Assembly: GCF_030028105.1 (NCBI RefSeq)
Contig: NC_092396.1
Coordinates: 31,499,474-31,563,473 of the forward strand
DNA length: 64,000 nt
Direction: 5' to 3'
Source: Mobula birostris
Taxonomy: Eukaryota
Shown: piece after piece, positions 35,695-48,265 of the stretch
Layout: each line of letters begins with the position of its first letter
How positions within the stretch are numbered: the first letter of the stretch is position 1
Translations under genes and position numbers: made by a program
Notes under the pieces: model-generated
Databases searched by the model: none
The model's input: only the letters and a program-made list of their open reading frames with translations
Told to the model about the DNA's origin: nothing

Positions 35695-36550
35695 GAGATC
35701 TGGATAATCTGGAAAAATGAGCTAAAATGGCAGATGGAATTTCATGCAGTGTGAGTTGTTGCACTTTGGGAGGGCAAACCTGGGTAGGACTTACACAGTG
35801 AGTGGTAGGGCACTGAAGAGTGCGGTAGAACAGAGGGATCTGGGAATACAGGTCTCCATAATTCCTTGAAAGTGGCATCACAGATAGATAGGGTCGTAAA
35901 AAAAAATGCTTTTGGCACTTTGGCCTGCATAAATCAATGTATTGAGTACAGGAGTTGGGATGTTATGTTGAAATTGTATAAGACATTGTTGAAGCCCAGC
36001 TTAGAGCATTGTGTGCAGTTTTGGTCACCTACCTACAGGAAAGATATCAATAAGATTGAAAAGGCACAGGAAAACATTAAAAGGATGTTGTCAGGACTTG
36101 AGGACCTGAGTTATAGGGAAAGGTTGATTGAATACACTAGGATTTTATTCCCTAGAGCACAGAGGAATGAGAGGAGATTTGATAGAGGTATGCAAAATTA
36201 TGAAGGGTATAGATGGAGTAATTGCAAGCAAGTTTTTTCCACTAAGGTTGGGTGAGACTAGAACTGAAGGTCATGGGTTATGGATGAAAGGTGAATTGTT
36301 TAAGGGGAATATGAGGGGGAATTTCTTCACTCAAGAGGGCAGTGAGCGTTGGGAATGAGCTGCGAGCGGAAGTGGTGGATGTGGGTTCAGTTTCAACACT
36401 TAAGAGAAATTTGGATAGGTACATGGATGGGAGGGGTACGGAGGGCTAAGGTCCGGGCGCAGGTCAATGCGTCTAGGCAGATTAATAGTTTGGCATTGAT
36501 TAGATAGGACAAAGGGTCAGTTTCTGTGCCGTACTGTATGACTATGACTT
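35695..36550 (+). mobile_element. CR1 3' fragment
   Basis: WAKMADG.F, IEYRSWDVMLKLYKTL..PSLEHCVQFWSP, RGDLIEVCKIMKG; tail tatgactatgact. Confidence 0.9.
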
Positions 36551-38069
36551 CTGTGCTCTCAACGCACAGCCTCAAAATTCCCAATGAATGATCCTTCTTG
36601 AGTTTGAGTAGTCATGGGCAGGGTTCCTAAGAGTTAGTAGAGACTCTGCATTTCATTAAAGGAAGGTTTGAACACATCCTTGAACCTTGGACCTCTCATG
36701 CACTAAAACATGAACTCTTAATCTCCCAATCTACTTCTTTGTGACCCTTACACTTTACTTGTCTGCCTGCATTGCCATTCATCTGTAACTCTAACTCTAT
36801 ATTCTCCATTCCAATTTCCTTTTTACTACCTCAGTGTATGGAATGACCTGTCTGGATGGAATCTTCTCACTGTGTGTGCCTTGGTACAAATGAAAATAAT
36901 AAACTGAAGAAGATAGCCCCAGCAAACAATGCGACCAACAGTGACATCCTTCAGACAGTTCACAAAACTACTTCCTTTACCTCTTCTTTCAAATATGATT
37001 CTACTGTGATTGGAAGTTGTGATTTACATTTTGTCGGTGTGTCGATTGAGCGATCAGGCATTTTGTTGTCTCCGAGGGAACTCGGTGAGGTTTGGAATGG
37101 AGCCCGTGGCCTGAAGGCCAAAGAACCTGGAGACGGGGTGCGAGCCCATGATCGACTAAATTTCTTGCTGATCTCGCTGAGCAAGATTGAAATCAATGAG
37201 GACAAGAGCAGAAGGTGAGCCGGTGTTACCGTCTGCCTGTGTTCGATCAGTCTCTTGCTTCCCCTTGGCAGAGGATGGTGCTGGAGTCTTGGAACCCAGG
37301 CAGGGTTTAATTGACATGGTTATGGCTTGGACTCTGCAGTCCATTTACATGTGTTTCTGGTTTCTGATTACTCCTTTCTTATTGCTATTTTGTGCAATTT
37401 TGATCGGGACAGACTTGCTCTGCTGTCACGAAAAATGGAACGGAGCTAAATTGACCATACCTAGACTCTTTCAAAGAGTCTGTGTTTTGATGCTGTACGA
37501 TCTGTGCCTTTTTCGCTCATTTTTTGTCACTTGCATGGCTTCTTCTTTTTTCTATGTGTGTTTGAATTTTTTCTTTGAACGTTTTCCATGGTGTTTCTTT
37601 GTTTTGTGGCTGCCTGTGGGAAGAAGAACCTCAGGGTTGTATACTGCATAAATACTTCTATAATAAATGTACATTGAAATCTGAACTCCAATTCCATTTC
37701 CTATCTTCACCTGTGAATCTCTTCCTATCACAAATCTCAGAATAGAGGTTCTGTTTGGGACAAGGATACAAGTGGCATAGTCAGCCCAATGAAGCTGACG
37801 GAGGGTAACTATGAACCCCGTGCTAGAAAGGTTGGTCAGAGGGAGCCAATGATTTTGGTGCACCAAGCCTTCCTGCTGGTATGGTGAATTTTGCAGTGAC
37901 AGATATTTCCTGTTCCTCTATATGCTTAATGTAAGTGATCCAGGTCTTGGAAGCAAAAAGGATCACTGTTACTCATTAGGCCAGGACTGAGGGAATCATC
38001 TCTACAAAATCTTTTTCTCAATCAGCCAAAGGCTATCTTGGGGCATAGAAGGAAATGGCAAATTTCATA

Positions 38070-38190
38070 AACTCAAGAAATTCGTAGATGCTGGAAATCT
38101 GGAGCAACTTGGAGGAACTCAGCAAGTCAGGCAGCATCTATGGAGGGGAGTGAACTGTCGACATTTCAGGCCGAGACCCTTCATCAGATT
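38070..38190 (-). mobile_element. PLE pLTR tail beginning at a hammerhead core
   Basis: Minus strand CTGATGA-a-ggg-tctcgg-cct-GAAA-t-GTC-gacag...gatgctgcctgacttgctgagttcctcca. Confidence 0.8.
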
Positions 38191-39176
38191 TCATCACTGG
38201 TGGCTGCCTTGCCAAAAGCTGGCTCCTAACATATGGGAGGTGGTTCACATTTTCCAAACTCTCACCAGTGTGGCCCAGATTACCAGAGGGCTTTAGTCTG
38301 CAGATGTTCTGTGCAAAGCCCTTCCTCTCAACTGCCTCATTGAAAGTCTCAACCATGGCCTAGAGCACAAGCAAACACAGGCCTTGTCCATAGGCTGGAG
38401 TTCAGGTGATTTTGGTTCTGGAGTTTAGTCAAGATTGGTTGAATAGTTTCCCATTAGTTCTGAAAATTAGCACCACTTCCCCAGGAAGTTTGTTGGAGAT
38501 GAGTTATAATATTTTGGTGAGTAAGACAGAGAGATATGTTGCGGGCAAGAAACAGCCTTATTTGACTCTGGTCTTCACTGAGAATGGATCTGTTTACACC
38601 TACTTCCTTAGTATCATGATTAGCAAAGTGTTGAAAGCCCTGCACAAAACATTAGTTATGCTTATTATATGTTGTTCCGATCACCAGACCACAGGAAGGA
38701 TGTGCAAGCTTTAGAAAGGGTGAAAAGCAATTCAAATGTATGTGTTGTCGCTTTGGAGTGTATCAGCTATAAGGATAGGTTGGACTAACTTTTCTCTGGT
38801 GTATCAGAGGGGCAGACTGATAGACCATAAGACATAGGAGCAGAATTAGGCTATTCAGCCCACCGAGTTTGCTCCATCAATAGAAGTATACAGTATTGTA
38901 AGAGGGATATCATCAGAAGAAGGATCCTGTTGAAGTTTGTCTTCCTTACTCTTCTCTTGCCAATTACACCTTGGAAGAAGATTATGTCCATTCACATCAT
39001 GGTGCTGATATCATTCAGGAGGTTCCATTCTGTTAAGGCGTATCGATTATCATTTTCCTTTAAACTGGACATCGTGCCTCCCTCATTACAAATGATGGCA
39101 ATACTCACATTACCAAACTAGGAGAGCCGACATGCTGTTGGGACTGCCCGTAAGATTCCTGACATTGTTGGTCCAA

Positions 39177-39395
39177 GCAACACTCACGACACGCTGGAGG
39201 AACTCAGCAGGTCGGGCAGCATCCGTGGAAAAGATCGGTCGACGTTTCGGGCCAGAACCCTTCGTCAGGGCTCCGAAGGGTTCCGGCCCGAAGCGTCGAC
39301 CAATCTTTTCCACGGATGCTGCCTGACCTGCTGAGTTCCTCCAGCGTGTTGTGAGTGTTGCTTTGACCCCAGCATCTGCAGATTATTTTGTGTTT
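39177..39395. mobile_element. Young fold-back PLE-pLTR insertion: 90-bp inverted arms, 9-nt loop, 13-bp TSD
   Basis: Arms 39175-39264 and 39274-39363; ATTGTTGGTCCAA at 39164-39176 and 39396-39408; CpGs retained. Confidence 0.95.
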
Positions 39396-41154
39396 ATTGT
39401 TGGTCCAAAACTTCATGTTATGCAGCGGAGGAATGGAAAACAAGAAAAAAAAACTGCAGATGCTGAAAACCTGACATATAAACAGAAGATGCTAAAAACA
39501 GTCAGTGGGACAGGCAGCATCTGAGGTAAAGAGAAAAAGTTAACATTTCGGGTCTGGGACCTTTCATTTAGAACATTTGATGGTGAATGTCCCTTCAACA
39601 GTGTTATGTTTTGCAACTTCAAAACATTAACCTAATTCAAGTGAAGATGGGAGTCCGGGAATGCAGGTCTAGTTCATTCCCTACTTCAAGCGAAGTGCAC
39701 ATATAACACATGGTAGCATGATCACGTATGTAATTAATGTATTTTTACATATCACGTGTAATTAATTATTTAAATGAACAAGAATGCTCAATCAAGCAAT
39801 AAATATCCAAGATCTCTCAAATATTACTGAAATTTTAAATACACAAGTAGCTAGCAACAAATAGATGTAGAGAAGGTAAGAGGCCAGGGAGAGGGGTCCA
39901 GATGGGTTGGGAATCATTGAGGTGGGAGAAAAAGTCCACATTTTGGGCTGAAGATTCCTGGTCACAGTAGGCATGGAAGCAGAGGCAGTAGGAGAGGAGT
40001 TCTATTTCATGTCAAGTCAGAATTCATTAAGATGGGGATGTAGATGATAGAAGATAACATTTCTGTTGAGGACTGATTGTTCAACATCAGATAGAAGATG
40101 GTGAAAACACAGAAAACGGGTGGAACTGAGAGAGGCGGGGTCAGGAGAAACGGCAGAGGGAGAAAGGTTAGAAGGATTATTGGAATCCAAGATCTATTGA
40201 CATTTGTGATCTTAGATGTCAAAAAGGAAGAGGAAATATGTCTGTGGTAGCACCAAGTATGCGGAGATTAAAGTAGGACTGCAGATCATAATAGCTTGGA
40301 GACAGAGCGAGCCAGTGCTGTTGAAGACAGACATGAGGAGCATGCATGTGCTACAGAATGTGATAAGAACACAGCCTCAAGAAATGCTCGGTAGTTGATA
40401 ATTGGTAATAGGCTTATTTTTCTTCTAAGTACTGAGAAACAGAGAAAAACTTCGTTTTGCAAGCTATCCATACATATCATTTGGAAACACAAGTACATTG
40501 AGGTTGCACAACTGAAAGGTCGATAACAGAACGTAGCACATAATGTTACAGGTACATAGAAAATGCAGTACAGGTAGACCATAAAGTGCAAGGACCACAA
40601 CGAGGTAGATAGAGGAATCAAGAGTTCAGCTTTACCATACAAGAAATACGTTCAAGAGTCTTATAACTGCAGGGTAGAAGCTGTGTTTCAGCTTTGTGTT
40701 ACGCGTTTGAGATCTTGGGTTTTCCAAATGTGTGGGTGAACTGTCAGTAGAAAGGGACACGTGCTGAGTTAGAGTTAAGGACATTTGCTGAGGAGGGAGA
40801 TGTGTCTGTGGAAGTGAGTCTTGGTCTACACCTTGTTGTAGACCAGAAGTGAAAGGGAAAGCACTGAGGGTGAACAAGGCATAAGGGACAGACAGGAGTC
40901 TCCCCAGCGGTAGGGGTGCTTTGGATGGACCAACAAGGTGAATGTACAAAGGTGCCAAGTCCCCATTTGTAAAGGAAAATAGTCTCCAAGTGTCTTGGCC
41001 AATATACCCTCTTCAATCTATAGTACTGATTGGCTAATCGTGTTAACATTTGCTATTTCTGGGATTTATTGCCCACAGATTGATTGCTGTATTGGTCTAT
41101 ATTACAACAGCAAATGTGAGCCAGAGGTATCACGAGATAATACTTGAATAGGAG

Positions 41155-41616
41155 ACTCATGCAAAATTCTGGTGGAACTCAATAAGTCAGTCAGCATTTA
41201 TGGAGGGAAATAAACAGTCGGTGTTTCTTCAGGATTGGAAAGTGAGGGATTGGATGCCAGAATAAGAAGGTGGGAGGACAGGAAGGAGTATAAGCTGGCA
41301 GATTAGATAAAAGGGAAAGTGGGTGGGTGGGGAAGTGGGTGAAGTAGAAAGCTGGGAGGGGGTAGGTGGAAGAGATGAAGGGCTGAAGAAGAAGGAATCT
41401 AATAGGAGAGACAGTGGACAATAGAAGAAATAGAAGGAGGAGAGGAATGTTCTTGTTCTGGCCTATGACGACTCATTTCCAGTCCTAATGAATGGTCTCA
41501 GCCCAAACTGCTAATTGTTTATTCCCATCCATAGCTGCTGCCTGACTTGCTGAATTCCTCCAGCATTTTGTGTGTTTTGCTCAAGGTTTCCAGCATCTGC
41601 AGAATCTCTTGTGTTC
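41155..41616. mobile_element. Longer fold-back PLE-pLTR insertion
   Basis: Inverted pLTR followed by a sense pLTR tail; degenerate 16-bp TSD aatacttgaataggag (41139-41154) / aacatttgaatgggag (41617-41632). Confidence 0.8.
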
Positions 41617-42012
41617 AACATTTGAATGGGAGTTCTTTCAAGCTATTCTGTCAGATGCTTGAACTAAATTCTTGCCATGTCTACACAGTGAATCATAGGT
41701 GGTGTCTGTGAATCTGAGGCCACCTTCTGGACTGGAAGAGAAGCACCCAGAAATCATTGGCCTTGGGCAGGGAGGACTGTGTGTATCGTGCCGGCAACTC
41801 ACCAAAGGCTGTAAAGCCCTTGAATAATTCCACAGTGCACAGAACCAAAGGCAGAAGCTGCTGAGGTGATACCTAGTTGGACAGGGTACGGTGGGGAAGA
41901 GGATGAGGGATGGCTGTCAATGGCCGCTGTTAATTTGTTGGGGTTGTGATGGGGACCTGGGTTACAAGTACATTTTGTAGTGGAGGGAAGGGACAGGATG
42001 GGGATTGGGAGT

Positions 42013-42231
42013 CACACATACAAAATGCTGCGGAAACTCAAAATGTCGGGCAGCATCATTGGAAAGAAGTAAACAGTTGCTATTCCGGTTTGAGACAACA
42101 CATCAGGTCTCAGCTCACAACCTTGACTGCTTATTCTTTACCATCGATGCTGTTTGACCTGCTGAATTCCTCCAGCGTTTTGTGTCCGTTACTCTGGAAT
42201 TCCAGCATCTGAAGAATCTTTTGTGTTTAGT
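42013..42231. mobile_element. Older fold-back PLE-pLTR insertion
   Basis: Inverted tails; TTGGGAGT at 42005-42012 and 42232-42239. Confidence 0.8.
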
Positions 42232-43028
42232 TTGGGAGTTAAGTTGGGGAGGAAGGAACGACCTACAGGTCAGACTGAACTGGACATACTTTCATCATAG
42301 AGTGCCCAACAGTAGCGGGTTCCCTGTGCAGAACACCACAGCCCGGAGCCTGGTCCGGTTGGTCCACTATAGCTATTGACGAAGCAGGTCTCTCATTGTT
42401 GCTTAATGCTCTGCCATCTACAAGCACAGGGATGTGAATACAGTTTGCAGAAGTGGTATCCGGATGTTGTCAGGTGTGTGGGAATAACATGGCAATTACT
42501 GGAGCAGCACTGGTCCAGAAATGGAAGCAGAGATCCACCATGACAGCAGGGAAAGCTAAATTCAAGGCAATGAAAAAGATATGGAATTCACTGGTACTGG
42601 TATTGGTTTCTAACAAGTAATTGCATTGTTATACAAACTCATCCTGTTCACTAATATTATTCAAGGAAGGAAACTGTCACACTTCCTCGTCCTTCACCAT
42701 ACAACGTGTCTTCAGCCATCTCTCTCAGCCTTACTGCATTTATTTATCGACTCTTTCCTTGATCTCTGCCTGTTCCCATGGTGCTTTACACAACATCTGG
42801 TTATGTTTCCTTTGCTTGGTATGAATGTTGCACTTTTGAAGCAGGCAAGAATCTCCGACTGGCGCAGTGAGAGACTGAAGATGTCCTTGAACACTTCCAC
42901 CAGTTGGTAGGAACAGGATCTCAGTGCCCTACCAGAGTCATCATCAGAGCCTAATGCCTTGCAAGACTTCACTGTCTTGAAAGATGTTCTGATGTTCGCC
43001 TCCAATACAGAGATCAGAGGGTCACCAG

Positions 43029-46000
43029 TATAGTGTATTCAATATTTCAGTAATATTTAAGTAATATTGTAAACCTACTGTTTGATCAAACATTCTTTGT
43101 TTGTTTACATAATTCCTTATGGGTTATATGTAAGAAGTATGTGAATGGCATGCGTCATTACGCCGCCAAGTCATATGTGAACACTTCACCAAAAAAATGG
43201 AAAACTAAGCAGGCAAGTCTCCCGGCTCCTGTATTTTTCTTTCAATTAGTTTGCAGAGTTACGAAACAGAACAGCGGCAACAAGGAAGCTTTGAAATGCA
43301 CCCAAGATGACTACCAACCTGTTGAAGAGGAGTATGTTTTCTTTGGAAGGGGAGAGAAATGTTCGAAATTAAAAAAGCCAGAAAAAGGACCAAATTAACA
43401 AGCAATGAGTACAACCAAGGATTCATAAACAGTGAGTACTGGGTGATAAGAACAAAAAATCTTAAAAAGCAGAAATGGCAGGCTACATTGGAAAGATAGA
43501 CATGTTCAATTTCACAACCAATACCTGGATGATGTATACTGAACAAATTGAAAAGTACTTTGAAACAAATGAAATAGCCAATGGAAAACAAGTGCCAGTG
43601 TTGCTGAGTGGAATAGATGAAAAAGCATACGGTATGCTTTGACGCTTGTCTGCTCCAACCAAACCAGCCGAAATGAGCTTTTCTGCTATCATGATCATAA
43701 TGCAGGAACATTTAGAACTGATACCATTGTTGATTGCAGAACACTTGGGGTTCATAAGTGGAATCCAAAGGAAAGGGAGTAAATTTCAGCGTATGTGGCT
43801 GAATTGAAGAAATTGTCCAAGCATTATGAGTTCAGTGATTGGCTTAATGAGGCACTGAGAGATTGTTTAGTTTGTGGAATCTTACAAGAAAACATTCAAA
43901 AACTGCTCCTAACTAATGCACAACTCACATATAAAGGAGCAGTTGAAATTGCCATATCAATGGAAACAGCAGCCAGAGACACAATTGAACTGCAGTCAGG
44001 AATAAAAGTGAATGTGAACAAAATTGCAACATCTAAACAGAAACCTACCAGGCAGAACAAATTGTGTTACCATTGTTGCAGGGGCTCACATACACTAGAT
44101 CAATGCAGGTTTAAAGGCGAAACTTGCAGAAAATGCCGCAAAGTAGGTCACATACAAAGTGTACGTCATGCAGGCAAAAATAAACAGCACAAGAAAGAGA
44201 AAAGGATAAAAATCCAAGTTGCAGTTTGAAAAAGAGCATGCTGTTGATGAAAAATATGATAATGATGAGAGTGATGCAGAACTTGCTACCCTTGAGATTT
44301 ACAATGTGAAAGCTATCAAGAGACAAGCAATACGGCTTACACCAGAAGTGAATAGCAAGTTAATTAAAATGGAATTGGAGACTGGCTCAGCTGTTCCAGT
44401 CATTCCACAAAATGAGTTTGAAAGACATTTCAAAGATGCTGAACTGAAGCCTGCAGATATCCAACTAAGAACTTAAGCTGGAAAAAGAATAATTCCTGTG
44501 GGAAAGACATTTGTAACAAAGAAATACAACAACCAACAAGCCACATTGGGCTTGTATGTGGAAAAAAACAGTAAGGCCAGCATTGAGGGGTGTGGTTGGT
44601 TGAGGCAATCACAACTTGATTCGCATGCAGTACCTCCTACAAGAGAACCAACTGAACGTGAATTAAGATGTTGGCACAGCAGTGTTCAAAGATGGCATTG
44701 AAAAACTCAAACATATCAAGGGTAAAATAGTGTTAAATGAAAATGCCATAGCCACATTTTACAAAGCCTGTCCGGTTCCTTATACTACTTGTGATGAAGT
44801 AAAAAGTAAGCTAGCTCGGAATTCTTTCCGAGGTTGAGTGGAGCCCATGGGCAATAGCTGTTGTCTCAGTAACCAAGATGGATGAGTCTGTCAGGATCTG
44901 TGGTGATTTTAAGGTCATTATCAACCCAGCACTGAAAGTAGATCAATACCCTCTGCCCAGAATAGAGGATATATTTGCAAATTTTTCTGAGAGAAACGCT
45001 ACAGCAAAATAGACATACTTAAGGCCTATCTACATTGAGGTGAAAGAAGAATGCAAAATGTTTCTCACCATAAACACTATCAAGAGCTTTACAGCTATAA
45101 TAGGCTTATTTTTGGAGTAGTGCTCTAGCAGACAGCTATGCACCAGGTGCTGTAAGACAGCCTAGGGACTCAGTGTTACCTGGATGACATCATTGTTACC
45201 AGAGTGCATGACAAGTAACATTGCCAATATCTCAAGACAGTGTTAAAAAGATAAGAAGATTATGGGCTCAGAACATGACACTACAGATGTTAATTCTTTA
45301 AACCAAGGATCACCTACTGTGGTCACACCATTGACGCTCAAGAATTTTCACAAGAGTGCTGAGAAAATTCAAGCAGTAGTGGATGCCCGAAGGCCAAAGG
45401 ATGTGTAACAGTTGCAGTCCTTTTAGGATTTGTTGATTACTATCACAAGTTCCTGCCAAACCTGGCTACTGCACTCCAGCCCTTGAACTAATTACAAATC
45501 AGTAAGAAGTGGCAATAGACAAAGCAGTGTGAGGTGGTTTTCAAAAAGACTAAAGAAATAGTGACATCATGCATTATGATTCATATCATCCATTGAAACT
45601 TGTCTGTGATGCCTTGCCATACAGTATATGTGCAGTCATGTCACATGTTATGAGTGATAGGAGTGAATACTTCATAGCCTTTGCATCTAGTTTTCTTACA
45701 GCTGTAGAAAAGAATTATGCACAGATTGACAGAGGGGACTTTAGTGTAGTTTGAGGTGTAAAACATTTCAATCAGTATCTGTACTGGAGAGAGTTTACTG
45801 TCATTACTGATCATCAACCACTGGTGTCCATTTGCAATCCACAGAATGATGTTCCACTAACAGCAACAGCACAAATGCAGAGATGGACTATTTTTCTTGG
45901 AGGACACAATTATAAGGTCAAATTCAAGAGGACAACTAATCATGGAAATGCTGATGTATTGTCCCATTTACCCTTGCGAAAGGAAATACCTGAAAAATTT

Positions 46001-48265
46001 ACAAAAGTGAACACTCCTCTGGAAATATTCCCCCAATTCACGTTGAAAGTCTCCTTATTACTCAGACACGATCCAAACGGAAACTAGAAATGACCCCATG
46101 CTGTATCAGGTCTACATGGCAACCCAAAATGGCTGGAATGTGTAGCAGAAATTCCAGTACTTCCTTTTTCACCAGTCCTGGAATGAACTTGCCCTTGACA
46201 GGGGTTGCCTTATGTGGGGATTGAGAGTTGCTGTACCATCCAAGCTGAGATCTAAAGTGTTTGAGGAGCTACATGCTGGTCATATAGACATGGTCAAAAT
46301 GAAAGCATTGGCTCAGAGCTTGGTCTAGTAGCTTGGGATAGGTCAGCAGACCCAGCAGCTTGCCATGCACTGTTCAGGATGGCAACACATCCTGGAGATG
46401 CCAAGAGTAGCACCTCTCCACCGGGGAATGGCCTGCATCCCCACTTGGGAATCCCTAGCAGAAGTTTCATGTCAATTTTGTCAGACCATTCATGAGCACA
46501 AAATTCCTGGTAGTAGAGTCTCCAGCTACAAAGTGGCCAGAAGTGTTAACAACAGTCTTCTCTACATCCCTGCACACTGTTGATGAGTTGAGAAGCGTCT
46601 TCTCAAGGACTACTGTTCCAGAGCACTTAGTCCATGACAATGGACCACAGTTGTTGTGGAACAGTTTCAGTCATTCCCAAAAATGAATGGAATGAGACAT
46701 ATTACAGCTGCACGGTACCACCCAGCTATAAATAACTTGGCAGAAAGGTTTGTCCAGAGTTTGAAGAATGCACTGCAAGCAATGACAGCAGAACATACTA
46801 CATTAACACTGGATCAGAAGCTCGCCAATCTCCACCTTAAATATTGCAATGCAGCACACTCCACAACCAACAACTCACCAACTATGCTGTTCCTGGATCG
46901 TCCCTTGCATTCACGCTTGGATCTCCTCAAGCCCAGTCTCAGAAGGAGTATGCAGGACAAATGGCTGAGACAAATTGAAGGCTCCTCAAACAAGGAGGTT
47001 CGATATTTCACTTCTGGACATGCAGTCCTGGCAAGAGACTGCCTAGGTAGCTAAGAGTCGATATTTGGAAAGATTAAGGACAGAACTGGACCACTCTCCT
47101 ACACGGTGGAGATTGTGTCTGATACCATCTGGAGATGACACAGCGATCAGCTGAGGAGAGCAGAGTCAATTGCTAGAGAAGAAAGGTGTCCAGAGCTGTC
47201 AGAACCACTTCCTGCCATCTTAGAGTTGACTCCTACTACCACCACAGAGGTGGCCAATGAACCTGAGATTGTTTCACAGCCACAAGTCTCACCTGCCAAG
47301 CAGAGGAAAGGCATCAGGAAAGGCGTTATCCCAGAAAAAGAAAGGAGGACAAAGCTGTCAGTAATATGAAGAGAAGGCAATACGTTACATATCTGAGTTG
47401 AGATGCATTGTATTTTTTTACTAATTTTTTATTGCAACACCAACAAATTACATTCAATACAACCAATTGCCAGTTACATTTTGACTGTTTAACCCAGCCA
47501 CCCCCCCAACCTTCATCACCATCCCCCCTCCACCCCTCTCTCCCCCCATCCCTCTCCCCTCCATCAACCAACTGAATAGTAGTGCATACACAGGCAAAGC
47601 ATTCCTATTTTAACAAAAGATCTTTTAAGTTAGATATCAAATTTGTCCACATTAAGATTGTATTTGGTCGTGCATCATTTACTCTAGCTGATGAAACTTC
47701 CAGGTAAGAAATGTCCAAAAAGCTCTGAAGCCAGTGAGTATTTGAAATATCATGGAGAGGTTTCCAACACTGGACTACAATCGTCTTAGCTGAAGTCAGG
47801 CCTGCCAGCCAGACTTTGCATGTTTTTTTCCGTAAGGTAAAGGTGGGAGTCATCATTTTGAAGATGTACAGTGGGGTCCATTGGTAATTGTACCCCCGTT
47901 AGTTCTGTAAGAGTACTGATAACCTTCCCCCACAAACCAAAAACCCCTGGACATTCCCATACAATATTTATAAAGATGCATTCTATATTGAGTTGGAGGT
48001 TATAGCTAAGCAGGAAGTTTGTTGTGTATTTAATATTTCAGTAATATTTAATATTGTAAAGATATTGTTTGATTAAGCATACTTTGTTTGTTTATATATT
48101 TCATTATGGGTTATATGTAAGAAGTAGGTAAATGGCATACGGCATTATACCACCACATCTCATGTGAGCACCACACCAAAAAAAAAAAGAAAAGAAAACT
48201 AAGCTGGCAAGTCTCCTGGCTCCTGCGTTTTGCTATCAATTAGTTTCTGGAGTTAAGACATAACA
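43029..48265 (+). mobile_element. Full-length degenerate Gypsy (Mag-like) LTR retrotransposon
   Basis: LTRs 43029-43273 and 48020-48265; PBS-like cggcaacaagga; gag ATG 43475 with two CCHC-like knuckles; protease MELETGSA; RT YLDD at 45177; RNase H CDA; integrase DNGPQ/AERFVQ; many stops and frameshifts; TSD accag/agcag. Confidence 0.93.
47414..47973 (-). mobile_element. L1/Tx1-type 3' fragment inserted in the Gypsy 3' region
   Basis: T-rich tail at 47414-47430; minus-strand IVWECPGV..LWGKV and LAGLTSAKTIVVQCWK; TSD agatgcattgtat (47401-47413) / agatgcattctat (47974-47986). Confidence 0.8.

Noticed and set aside
39110-39326. Mirror-image ORFs on both strands (EKIGRRFGPEPF...)
   Set aside because: They are a direct consequence of the DNA palindrome, not evidence of coding.
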